The notes under the pieces were generated by a model that saw only the letters and a list, made by a program, of their open reading frames with translations, had not been told where the DNA came from and made no database searches. A DNA stretch of 64,000 nt from an uncultured Verrucomicrobiota bacterium. GTDB lineage: Bacteria > Verrucomicrobiota > Verrucomicrobiia > Limisphaerales > CAIMTB01. The stretch is from assembly GCA_964476125.1 (NCBI GenBank), contig CAYZAE010000002.1, positions 52,395-116,394 on the forward strand. The letters are read 5' to 3'. Position 1 is the stretch's first letter. Each line of letters begins with the position of its first letter. The translations under genes and the position numbers were made by a program. Positions 38,924 to 47,089 of the stretch are shown piece after piece.

Positions 38924-39834
38924 GAGCGGCCCTTGCGGCAATGCGGGAATCGAGCAGCTCCCTGATCGGGGTGCTGGGAATTCTGCGCGAACTGGTGAAG
39001 GCGCGGCTGACCGCGCTGGTGTTGATCACAACCCTGACCGGCTATTTCGTGGGGAGAGTGGCCACCAGCGATTGGCTGGGCTGCCTGCACGTTCTGGTGG
39101 GCACCGGATTGGTGGCTGCGGGTGCCGCGGCGCTGAACGAGTGGTGGGAGCGCGATTTGGACCGCCTGATGGAGCGCACCGCGCATCGCCCGCTGCCCTC
39201 TGGCCAGATCGAGCCCGCTGTGGCTCTGGCCCTCGGACTGGTCTCCTCGCTGGGAGGCATCGTTTATCTCGGTCTGGTGGTGAATCCCCTCACCGCGTCC
39301 CTCGGAGCCCTCGCTCTTTCCAGCTATGTCCTGATCTACACCCCGCTGAAGCGCCGGACAGTCTGGAACACGTTCGTCGGAGCGCTTCCCGGTGCCCTCC
39401 CGCCCTTGATGGGATGGACGGCTGCCCGGGGTGGGCTGGGGACGGGTGGACTGGCGCTTTTCGGAATCCTTTTTCTCTGGCAGATCCCGCACTTCATGGC
39501 CATCGCGTGGTTGTACCGCGAACAGTACGCCCAGGCCGGATTTCGCATGCTGCCCAACATTGATCCGGCAGGACGTGCCACGGCGTGGTCGGCCCTGGTG
39601 TCCGCGGCGTTCCTCGTCGCCACGAGCCTGGTGGTTTCCTGGGCCGGAGTGGCCGGGACGACCTACGCGGTGGGAGCGCTCATCCTCGGTGCTGTTTTTG
39701 TCGGATCCACCGTCCGTTTTGTTCAGGACCGCAACCGGCGTCATGCGCGCCTGGTCTTTTTCGCCTCGATTGTCTATTTGCCCCTGCTGCTCGGACTCTT
39801 GATGTTCGACAGCGTTCTGCGAACCGTCGGATAA
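38920..39834 (+). CDS. ctaB: protoheme IX farnesyltransferase (heme O synthase)
   Basis: ALNEWWERDLDRLMERTAHRPLPSG (UbiA-type Asp-rich motif) and YTPLKRRT. Overlaps ctaA by 4 bp. Confidence 0.9.
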   Translation: MRAALAAMRESSSSLIGVLGILRELVKARLTALVLITTLTGYFVGRVATSDWLGCLHVLVGTGLVAAGAAALNEWWERDLDRLMERTAHRPLPSGQIEPAVALALGLVSSLGGIVYLGLVVNPLTASLGALALSSYVLIYTPLKRRTVWNTFVGALPGALPPLMGWTAARGGLGTGGLALFGILFLWQIPHFMAIAWLYREQYAQAGFRMLPNIDPAGRATAWSALVSAAFLVATSLVVSWAGVAGTTYAVGALILGAVFVGSTVRFVQDRNRRHARLVFFASIVYLPLLLGLLMFDSVLRTVG

Positions 39835-39865
39835 ACGACCCGGAACCAGAGCCCCGACACCTCCC

Positions 39866-41692
39866 ATGAGTCAGTCCACAAGCCACGCCCCGAGTCATAC
39901 CCATAGCGATGCCCACGACCACGGGGGGCATCACGACGCCGGATTCTGGAGCACGTATGTGTTTTCGACCGACCACAAGGTCATCGGAATCCAATATGGC
40001 GTCACGTCGCTGCTCTTTCTCTTTTTCGGCTTCCTTCTGATGCTGGCGATGCGCTGGCAGATGGCCTATCCGACGGAGCCGATTCCGGTGGTGGGCGGGC
40101 TGCTGGCGGCGGTTCTCGGGGAGCCGGCCGCGGGTGGCAAGATGTCGGCCGACCTGTACAACGCCTTTGGTGCGATGCACGGGACGATCATGGTCTTCCT
40201 CGGGGTGGTGCCGCTGGGCTTCGCGGCGTTCGGCAACTATCTGGTGCCACTGCAGATCGGGGCGCCGGACATGACGTTTCCGCGAATCAACATGGCGAGC
40301 TTCTGGTCGTTCCTGCTGGGCGGGCTGATCATGTTTGTCAGCTTCTTCATTCCCGGAGGCGCGGCCAAAGGGGGGTGGACGTCCTATTCGCCGCTGGCGA
40401 CGATGATTGAGACGGACGGGCAGACCTGGTGGATCATCGGGATGGTTTTCCTGATCACCTCCTCGCTGCTGGGATCCGTGAACTTCATCGCGACCGTGAT
40501 CCAGTTGCGCGCCCCTGGGATGAGCTGGATGCGCATGCCCTTTTTCACCTGGGCCCAGTTCGTGACGGCCTTCATCCTGTTGCTGGCGTTTCCGCCCCTG
40601 GAAGCCGCCGCGGTGTTGCAGCTGGCGGACAAGGTGTTGCACACGAGTTTCTACCTGCCGACGGGGTTGATGAAGGCGGGGCAGCTGGTGGAGGTCAGTG
40701 GCGGCGGGAGTCCGCTGCTCTGGCAGCATCTCTTCTGGTTCCTGGCGCACCCCGAGGTGTATGTCCTGATCCTGCCGGCCATGGGCATTGTTTCCGAGAT
40801 CATCGCCAACAACTCCCGCAAGCCGGTTTTTGGCTATCGTTCACTGGTTTATTCCGTGCTGGCGGTCGGTTTCATCTCGTTCATCGTGTGGGCGCATCAC
40901 ATGTACCTGACGGGCATGGGGACGAAGATTTCCACCTTCTTCCAGACCACCACGATGATCATCTCGGTGCCCTCGGTGATCATTCTGACGTGCCTGTTTC
41001 TTTCGCTCTGGGGCGGATCAATACGCTTCAACACGGGCATGCTGTTCGCCCTCGCGTTTCTGCCCATGTTCGGGATCGGGGGACTTACGGGGCTGCCGCT
41101 TGGATTCAACTTCAGCGACATCCACCTGCATGACAGCTATTACGTCATTGCACACTTCCACTATGTGGTGGCGCCCGGATCCATTTTCGCTCTGTTTGCG
41201 GGGGTCTATTACTGGTACCCGAAGATCACGGGACGGAAGATGAACGAGATGCTGGGGAAGATTCATTTCGGGGCCTCGTTCGTGTTCATGAACCTGATCT
41301 TTTTCCCGATGTTCGCCCAGGGCATCGCCGGCATGTCCCGGCGCATGTCGGATGGCGGCGCCACCTACCTGGTGACGGATGCGACGAAGGACATCCTGGG
41401 ACGACTGGATCCGAGCGTGGTGAATGCGAACATCGGGATCACCACCGCGGCGATTCTGCTGGGTGTGGCGCAGATCCCGTTCATTTGGAACTTCTTCTCG
41501 AGCATTTTCATCGGCGAGAAGGTGACCAACGACAATCCGTGGGATGCCACCACGCTGGAGTGGCAGACCCCGACGCCTCCGCCGCACGGGAATTTCGTGA
41601 AGGCGATCAAGGTTTACCGGGGACCTTACGAGTACAGCGTTCCCGGTGCTCCCCGGGATTTCCTCCCGCAGAACGAGGATCTCCGCCGCTGA
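39866..41692 (+). CDS. ctaD: cytochrome c oxidase subunit I
   Basis: TDHKVIGIQY, MAFPRINMASFW-type loop, WFLAHPEVYVLILPAMG, VWAHHMY and HFHYV, the canonical heme-copper oxidase ligands. Confidence 0.95.
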   Translation: MSQSTSHAPSHTHSDAHDHGGHHDAGFWSTYVFSTDHKVIGIQYGVTSLLFLFFGFLLMLAMRWQMAYPTEPIPVVGGLLAAVLGEPAAGGKMSADLYNAFGAMHGTIMVFLGVVPLGFAAFGNYLVPLQIGAPDMTFPRINMASFWSFLLGGLIMFVSFFIPGGAAKGGWTSYSPLATMIETDGQTWWIIGMVFLITSSLLGSVNFIATVIQLRAPGMSWMRMPFFTWAQFVTAFILLLAFPPLEAAAVLQLADKVLHTSFYLPTGLMKAGQLVEVSGGGSPLLWQHLFWFLAHPEVYVLILPAMGIVSEIIANNSRKPVFGYRSLVYSVLAVGFISFIVWAHHMYLTGMGTKISTFFQTTTMIISVPSVIILTCLFLSLWGGSIRFNTGMLFALAFLPMFGIGGLTGLPLGFNFSDIHLHDSYYVIAHFHYVVAPGSIFALFAGVYYWYPKITGRKMNEMLGKIHFGASFVFMNLIFFPMFAQGIAGMSRRMSDGGATYLVTDATKDILGRLDPSVVNANIGITTAAILLGVAQIPFIWNFFSSIFIGEKVTNDNPWDATTLEWQTPTPPPHGNFVKAIKVYRGPYEYSVPGAPRDFLPQNEDLRR

Positions 41693-41728
41693 TCGGTAGC
41701 GAAACCAAACCCGACCCCATTCCTGTCC

Positions 41729-42595
41729 ATGGACATTCCCTACACAGTCCTGCCGCGCCGGGACACCGGTCTATACAACGCCAAGCTGGGCATCTGGCTC
41801 TTCCTGGCGTCGGAAGTGATGCTCTTTGGGGCGCTCTTTTCCTCCTACATCCTGTTGCGGGTGGGCGCCTATCCGGGTGTCTGGCCGCATGGCATTCTGA
41901 ATGTGCCGGTGGGAACCGTGAACACGATGGTGCTTATTTGTTCCAGCGTGACCGTGGTGCTGGGGTGGGCGGCCTTGAAGGCGAATGATTTTGCCAAGTA
42001 CCGGAAGGTCCAGGCCATCACCATTGCCTGCGCGGCGATGTTCGTCTGCATCAAGAGCTACGAGTACTACGACAAGTTCACCCATTACGAAGTCGTGATG
42101 AAGGATGGCCGGGTCATTGACGGGCATCTGGTGGAGAAGGTTGGCGGGGGGCAGGTGGTGAACGGGGTGAAGCAGCCCCCGGAGCACATCGTGCTGCATG
42201 GCGTGGAGTTCCCGGCGGAGATGAAGGCGGCCGGGATGGCCAAGGTTCCGCTGATGGAGAAGATGGCGGCCGCGGGCGGGGAGGCAGGACACGGGGGCCA
42301 TGCGGGCCACGTGGAGCACAAGGAGTACAAGATCGCCTGGGCGGACACCTCGCGGGTCCAGAACTACGGTCCCTGGCACAACACGTATCTGGCGATTTAC
42401 TTCACCATGACCGGCCTGCACGCGCTGCACGTCATCGGCGGAGCGCTGGTGATCGGGTGGATCTGGGGTCCGGGGGGGTCGATGTGGAAGACGGATCCCG
42501 AGCGTTACACCAATCGCGTCGAAGTCTCCGGCCTGTTCTGGCACTTCGTCGATCTCGTCTGGATTTTCCTGTTCCCGGTCCTCTACCTCCTCTGA
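41729..42595 (+). CDS. ctaE: cytochrome c oxidase subunit III with a roughly 95-aa soluble His-rich insertion
   Basis: The flanks LGIWLFLASEVMLFGALF and FTMTGLHALHVIGG...VSGLFWHFVDLVWIFLFPVLYL are canonical CoxIII. The inserted segment is YEVVMKDGRVIDG...GHGGHAGHVEHKEY. Confidence 0.85.
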   Translation: MDIPYTVLPRRDTGLYNAKLGIWLFLASEVMLFGALFSSYILLRVGAYPGVWPHGILNVPVGTVNTMVLICSSVTVVLGWAALKANDFAKYRKVQAITIACAAMFVCIKSYEYYDKFTHYEVVMKDGRVIDGHLVEKVGGGQVVNGVKQPPEHIVLHGVEFPAEMKAAGMAKVPLMEKMAAAGGEAGHGGHAGHVEHKEYKIAWADTSRVQNYGPWHNTYLAIYFTMTGLHALHVIGGALVIGWIWGPGGSMWKTDPERYTNRVEVSGLFWHFVDLVWIFLFPVLYLL

Positions 42596-42598
42596 ACC

Positions 42599-42904
42599 AT
42601 GACTCATCACGACGTTAGCAAGCACGTACGGACCTATCTGTTGGTTTTCGGCGCGCTCATCGTGGGAACGATTCTCACGGTGGCGGCCTGGAAGGTGCAC
42701 CTGCCGACCCTTTTCCTGACGGTGCTGGTGGCCATGATCATCGCCAGTTTGAAGGCCTCGCTGGTGGCGGGTTGGTTCATGCACTTGGCGAGCGAGCAGA
42801 AGATGATCTACGTGATTCTTGGTTTCACGGCGTTCTTTTTCCTCGGAATGGTGGTCCTCACCATCTGGGCGATGACCGACACCCCAACCCACGTGATGCC
42901 CTGA
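42599..42904 (+). CDS. cytochrome c oxidase subunit IV-like small membrane protein
   Basis: 101 aa with 3 TM helices. The pattern YLLVFGALIVGTILTV...ASLKASLVAGWFMHL is typical of bacterial caa3/aa3 subunit IV (CtaF/CoxD family). Confidence 0.75.
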   Translation: MTHHDVSKHVRTYLLVFGALIVGTILTVAAWKVHLPTLFLTVLVAMIIASLKASLVAGWFMHLASEQKMIYVILGFTAFFFLGMVVLTIWAMTDTPTHVMP

Positions 42905-42914
42905 AAGATCTGCC

Positions 42915-43121
42915 ATGTCACTCAAGGCCTTCCACGTCATCTTCATCACCTCCGCCTTCCTCCTGGCTGTGTTTCTCGGAGGATGGTGCCTGAACGAGTA
43001 CTCCCGGAATGGACAGGTCATCCAGGGATTGCTTGGACTGCTTTCGCTCGCCGGATCCGTGGCGTTGATCGTCTACGGCCGGTATTTCATGAAGAAGCTG
43101 AAGAACATCGATTATTTCTGA
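42915..43121 (+). CDS. small two-TM membrane protein (hypothetical, cox-cluster associated)
   Basis: 68 aa. Two clean hydrophobic helices, tight spacing (10 bp after the previous gene, 7 bp before the next), and no competing ORF on this strand. Confidence 0.5.
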   Translation: MSLKAFHVIFITSAFLLAVFLGGWCLNEYSRNGQVIQGLLGLLSLAGSVALIVYGRYFMKKLKNIDYF

Positions 43122-43128
43122 GCCCACC

Positions 43129-43389
43129 ATGAAGCAGCCTCCATCGATCCCCCTCCTGGCCGGTGCCGTCGTGGCATTCCTGGCGTCGCCCTCGGCGCAG
43201 GCCTGTGCAGTGTGTTTCGGTCGCACGGATTCCCCTCTGGGCAAAGGCCTTCATTGGGGGGTTCTGGCGCTGCTGGTGTTCATTTTTGGGCTGCTTGCCG
43301 CCTTTGGAGCCTTCGCGGTCTATCTCGTCCGCCGCGCGGCCTCGGTCGAGGCCGAGCGATCGACCGAAGAGGGTGGCCCCGTTTCCTGA
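43129..43389 (+). CDS. small signal/TM protein with a CxxC motif (hypothetical, cox-cluster associated)
   Basis: 86 aa: signal-like N-terminus, CAVCFG, then the TM helix WGVLALLVFIFGLLAAFGAFAVYLV. The overlapping 43163 ORF frame is only the 5' extension of ctaC. Confidence 0.5.
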   Translation: MKQPPSIPLLAGAVVAFLASPSAQACAVCFGRTDSPLGKGLHWGVLALLVFIFGLLAAFGAFAVYLVRRAASVEAERSTEEGGPVS

Positions 43390-43414
43390 CGTCCCTTCCT
43401 TCCCCCTGCGTACC

Positions 43415-44179
43415 ATGATGGAGAAACTGCTGAAACTGCCGATGGTCGCGTCCGAACACGGACGCGACGTGAACGAGTTGGTGATCCTGGTGCACTGGCT
43501 CATGGGCTTGCTGCTGGTCGGCTGGTCCCTCTTTTTCGTCTACACCCTGCTTCGGTTCCGGGCGTCCCGGAATCGCAAGGCGGACTACCTGGGGGTGACC
43601 GGCCATGCGTCGACCTGGCTCGAAGTGGCCGTGGCCGGGATCGAAGCGGTCCTGCTCATCGGATTCGCCATTCCGCTGTGGGCGCGGGTCGCGTCCGACT
43701 TTCCGTCGGACAAGGATGCCACGGTGTTGCGCGTGGTCGGGGAGCAGTTCGCGTGGAGCCTGATCTATCCTGGACCGGACGGGAAATTCGGTCGGCAGGA
43801 CATGTCGCTGATCACGTCGGAGAACCCCTTTGGATTCGACAAAAAGGACGACCTGACGAAGGACAACGTCGTTCAGATGAACGAGATGCACGTTCCGATC
43901 GGCAAGCCGGTGATTCTCAGCTGTTCGTCCAAGGACGTGATCCACAGCTTCAAGGTGGTGCCGCTTCGGGTGACCCAGGACTGCATTCCGGGCCTGAATA
44001 TTCCCACGCATTTCGTGCCCACCCAGGAGGGGAAGTTCCAGGTCATCTGCGCCCAGTTGTGCGGGAATGGTCATGCCGCGATGGCCTCGGGAGTGGTGGT
44101 GGTGGAGTCCCAGGACGCCTACACCAAGTGGCTGGCGAGCAAATCCAGCGGCGGCGGGGCTGCGGCGTCCTTCGAATAA
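43415..44179 (+). CDS. ctaC: cytochrome c oxidase subunit II (CuA domain, no fused cytochrome c)
   Basis: ORF 43163..44179 trimmed to ATG 43415. Two N-terminal TM helices, then DVIHSFKV and CAQLCGNGHAAM (CuA ligands H...C-x3-C-x3-H-x2-M). Confidence 0.9.
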   Translation: MMEKLLKLPMVASEHGRDVNELVILVHWLMGLLLVGWSLFFVYTLLRFRASRNRKADYLGVTGHASTWLEVAVAGIEAVLLIGFAIPLWARVASDFPSDKDATVLRVVGEQFAWSLIYPGPDGKFGRQDMSLITSENPFGFDKKDDLTKDNVVQMNEMHVPIGKPVILSCSSKDVIHSFKVVPLRVTQDCIPGLNIPTHFVPTQEGKFQVICAQLCGNGHAAMASGVVVVESQDAYTKWLASKSSGGGAAASFE

Positions 44180-44274
44180 AGTCTGTCGAACGGCGCGCCC
44201 CGTCCCGCATCGCGGAGCTTGAAAGCCGGTGAATTCCGGCCTTGGCTCAGTTCCCGGCGCGGGTCAGGTCAAAC

Positions 44275-44898
44275 ATGTCGAGACCCCTTCGAATCCTAAC
44301 CGTTTCCGGCGCCCTGCTGCTCGCCGGACTGATCGGGCTGAATCTGTTTTCGAAGTGGCTGCTTTCGCGTCCGAAGCCGTTGCCGTTCCTGGGAGAGGTG
44401 GGGGATTTCGCGGTCACCAACCAGGCGGGTGTCCGGTTGGACAAGTCGGCGCTTCTGGGACGTCCGTGGGTGGCGGATCTGATCTTCACTCGTTGTCCGG
44501 GTCCCTGCCGTCAGTTGACCGCGGCGCTGGCCGGGATTCAGGCGAAGCTGCCCGCCGGTTCACCGGTTCGGTTGGTAAGCGTGACGTCGGATCCCGAGTT
44601 CGACACGCCTCTGGTTTTGGGTCGTTACGCGTCCAAGTTTGGGGCGGACACGAACCGCTGGCAGTTTGTCACGGGCAGCCGGGAATCCATCAGGAACCTG
44701 GCGACCACGCAATTGAAGCTGGTTTTGGCGGAGAAACCTGAAGCGGAGCGACAGGGGCCGGACGATTTGTTTCTGCATAGCACCCTGGCAGTGGTGGTGG
44801 ATGGGAAGGGGCGTCTGCGTGCGGTGGTGGAGTTGCTGGAGGCGGGGGGTGTGGAGACGGTGCTGGAGGCGCTGCGGGCGCTGGAGAGGGAGGAATAG
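44275..44898 (+). CDS. SCO1/SenC copper chaperone
   Basis: ORF 44242..44898; ATG 44275 gives a membrane anchor. FTRCPGPCRQ is the CxxxC motif, with a thioredoxin-fold spacing and a later His (LFLHST). Confidence 0.85.
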   Translation: MSRPLRILTVSGALLLAGLIGLNLFSKWLLSRPKPLPFLGEVGDFAVTNQAGVRLDKSALLGRPWVADLIFTRCPGPCRQLTAALAGIQAKLPAGSPVRLVSVTSDPEFDTPLVLGRYASKFGADTNRWQFVTGSRESIRNLATTQLKLVLAEKPEAERQGPDDLFLHSTLAVVVDGKGRLRAVVELLEAGGVETVLEALRALEREE

Positions 44899-44902
44899 CT
44901 TT

Positions 44903-45337
44903 ATGAAGGTGACTGATTTACCGGCCCTGAACGCGTGTTTGAACGCGATGTCGCTGGTCTTGCTGGTGATGGGTTTCGTGTTCATCCGAACCGGTCGACG
45001 GGAGGCGCATCGGCGCTGCATGATGGGGGCGTTCGCCACGTCCTGTGTTTTTTTGGTCTGCTACGTCCTGCACAAGGTGTTGGTGAGGGGGGTGCACACG
45101 AAGCTGGGGGCGGAAGGTCTCCTTAAAACCGTCTACTACGGGATGTTGATTTCCCACATCCTGTTGGCGGCTTCGATTGTCCCGCTGGCGCTGGTGACCA
45201 TTTCGAGGGCGCGGCGGGGCATGTTCGAGGCGCACCGGAGCCTGGCGCGGTGGACATGGCCGATCTGGACGTATGTTTCGGTGACGGGGATCCTGATTTA
45301 TTTCATGCTTTACCGCTGGTTTCCGGCGGGTGCCTGA
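44903..45337 (+). CDS. DUF420 membrane protein (CtaM-like)
   Basis: ORF 44801..45337 trimmed to ATG 44903. 144 aa with four TM helices and the pattern [13 protein letters not shown]...HRRCM...SHILLA typical of DUF420, found next to cox genes. Confidence 0.75.
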   Translation: MKVTDLPALNACLNAMSLVLLVMGFVFIRTGRREAHRRCMMGAFATSCVFLVCYVLHKVLVRGVHTKLGAEGLLKTVYYGMLISHILLAASIVPLALVTISRARRGMFEAHRSLARWTWPIWTYVSVTGILIYFMLYRWFPAGA

Positions 45338-45399
45338 AGCCTCGGGAGGAATTCGCTGGAACCGGCGCCGCCGGTGCGCAACAACAGGTTTTTGAAGCC

Positions 45400-46941
45400 A
45401 TGCCAGAGCAGATCGTCATTCTCGATTTCGGCTCCCAGTACACGCAGGTGATCGCGCGTCGGATTCGCGAGTGCAATGTCTACTCGACGATCCTTCGCTA
45501 TGACACGCCGGCGAAGGAGATCGCGGCGCTCCATCCGAAGGGCATCATCCTTTCGGGGGGGCCCTCGAGCGTTTACGCGGCGGATGCGCCGATGCCGGAC
45601 CGGGGTGTTTTCAAGCTGGGGGTTCCGGTGCTCGGCGTCTGCTATGGTGTCCAGCTGCTGGCGCATTTCCTGGGTGGCAAGGTGGAGAAGGGCCAGAAGC
45701 GGGAGTACGGCAAGGGGACGCTGTCGGTGCTGGATCCGGCCTGCCCGCTTTTCGAGGGGCTGCCGACCACGCTGCAGGTCTGGAACTCGCATGGCGACAA
45801 GCTCACCCGTCAGCCGAAGAATTTCGCGGTGGTGGCGAAGACGGAGAATTCGGACTACGCGGTGATCGAGGATCGGTCCCGGAACTTCATCGGACTGCAA
45901 TTCCATCCGGAAGTGGCGCATACGCCGCAGGGACGGCAGATCATTGCGAACTTCGTTCATCGCGTCTGTGGCTGCGGCAAGGAATGGACGTTGCGGGGGT
46001 GCCGGGGGCGGGGGGTGGGGGAGAGCGGGGCGCGGGTGGGGGGGGGGGGGGGGGTTGTGGGGTGGCGCGGGGGGTTCGACTCCAGCGTGGCCGCGGCGCT
46101 TTTGCATCGCGCGATCGGGGAGCGGCTGACCTGTATTTTTGTGAACAACGGTCTCCTGCGGTCCCGGGAAGCGGAGGTGGTGCAGGAGGTGTTCGGTCGG
46201 AACTTCAAGATGCAGTTGCAGTACGAGGACGCGAGCGTGCTGTTTCTGAAGCGGCTGAAGGGGGTGACGGACCCTGAGCGGAAGCGGAAGATCATCGGCC
46301 GTACGTTCATCGAGGTGTTTGAGGCCGCCACCAAGCGTGCGGGCAAGGCCAGGTTCCTGGCGCAGGGGACGCTGTACCCGGATGTCATTGAATCGGTGCC
46401 CATCGCGGGCAATCCGGCGGCGCTCATCAAGAGCCACCACAATGTGGGGGGCCTGCCGAAGCGGATGAAGTTCAAGCTGGTGGAGCCGCTGCGCTGCCTT
46501 TTCAAGGACGAGGTGCGGGTGCTCGGGCTGGAGTTGGGTTTGCCGGCGGAGATCGTCTATCGCCAGCCGTTCCCGGGGCCCGGACTCGCGGTGCGCGTGC
46601 TCGGGGATCTGACTCCGCGCAAGCTGGAGATCGTGCGGGCGGCGGATGCGATCGTGGTGGAGGAGATGAAGAGCAACGGCCTCTATCACAAGATCTGGCA
46701 GAGCTTCGCGGTGCTGCTCCCGGTCAAGAGTGTGGGCGTGATGGGGGATGAGCGGACCTACGACGAGACCATCTGCGTGCGCGCGGTGGAATCGCAGGAT
46801 GGGATGACGGCGGACTGGGTCCGGCTCCCCTACGACCTTCTGGAAAAGCTCTCAAACCGGATCGTGAACGAGGTCAAGGGCGTGAACCGCTGCGTGTTCG
46901 ACATCACCAGCAAGCCGCCCGGAACGATTGAATGGGAATGA
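45400..46941 (+). CDS. guaA: GMP synthase (glutamine-hydrolysing); contains an anomalous G-saturated patch over the PP-loop
   Basis: ORF 45250..46941 trimmed to ATG 45400. [27 protein letters not shown] and FHPEV form the GATase part. [28 protein letters not shown] and KPPGTIEWE end the synthetase part. The expected SGGVDSS reads RGGFDSS after a poly-G-rich stretch. Confidence 0.9.
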   Translation: MPEQIVILDFGSQYTQVIARRIRECNVYSTILRYDTPAKEIAALHPKGIILSGGPSSVYAADAPMPDRGVFKLGVPVLGVCYGVQLLAHFLGGKVEKGQKREYGKGTLSVLDPACPLFEGLPTTLQVWNSHGDKLTRQPKNFAVVAKTENSDYAVIEDRSRNFIGLQFHPEVAHTPQGRQIIANFVHRVCGCGKEWTLRGCRGRGVGESGARVGGGGGVVGWRGGFDSSVAAALLHRAIGERLTCIFVNNGLLRSREAEVVQEVFGRNFKMQLQYEDASVLFLKRLKGVTDPERKRKIIGRTFIEVFEAATKRAGKARFLAQGTLYPDVIESVPIAGNPAALIKSHHNVGGLPKRMKFKLVEPLRCLFKDEVRVLGLELGLPAEIVYRQPFPGPGLAVRVLGDLTPRKLEIVRAADAIVVEEMKSNGLYHKIWQSFAVLLPVKSVGVMGDERTYDETICVRAVESQDGMTADWVRLPYDLLEKLSNRIVNEVKGVNRCVFDITSKPPGTIEWE

Positions 46942-46960
46942 GCCCGGGGAAGTTCCGGGC
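46942..46960 (+). terminator. hairpin immediately after the guaA stop
   Basis: GCCCGG-ggaagtt-CCGGGC starts 1 nt after TGA (46939-46941). 6-bp GC stem, no U-tract. Confidence 0.3.
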
Positions 46961-47089
46961 CGGGCGCGAGTCGTCGTGCCGGCGCGGGCTTCCTGCGGTC
47001 CGGGTTCCGTGGTCCGGCGCCGTTCCCTGAACGAGCCGACATCCCACCGTCGGTAGTCGCATCAACCCCTTTTCAGCTCCCCGTTTCGG

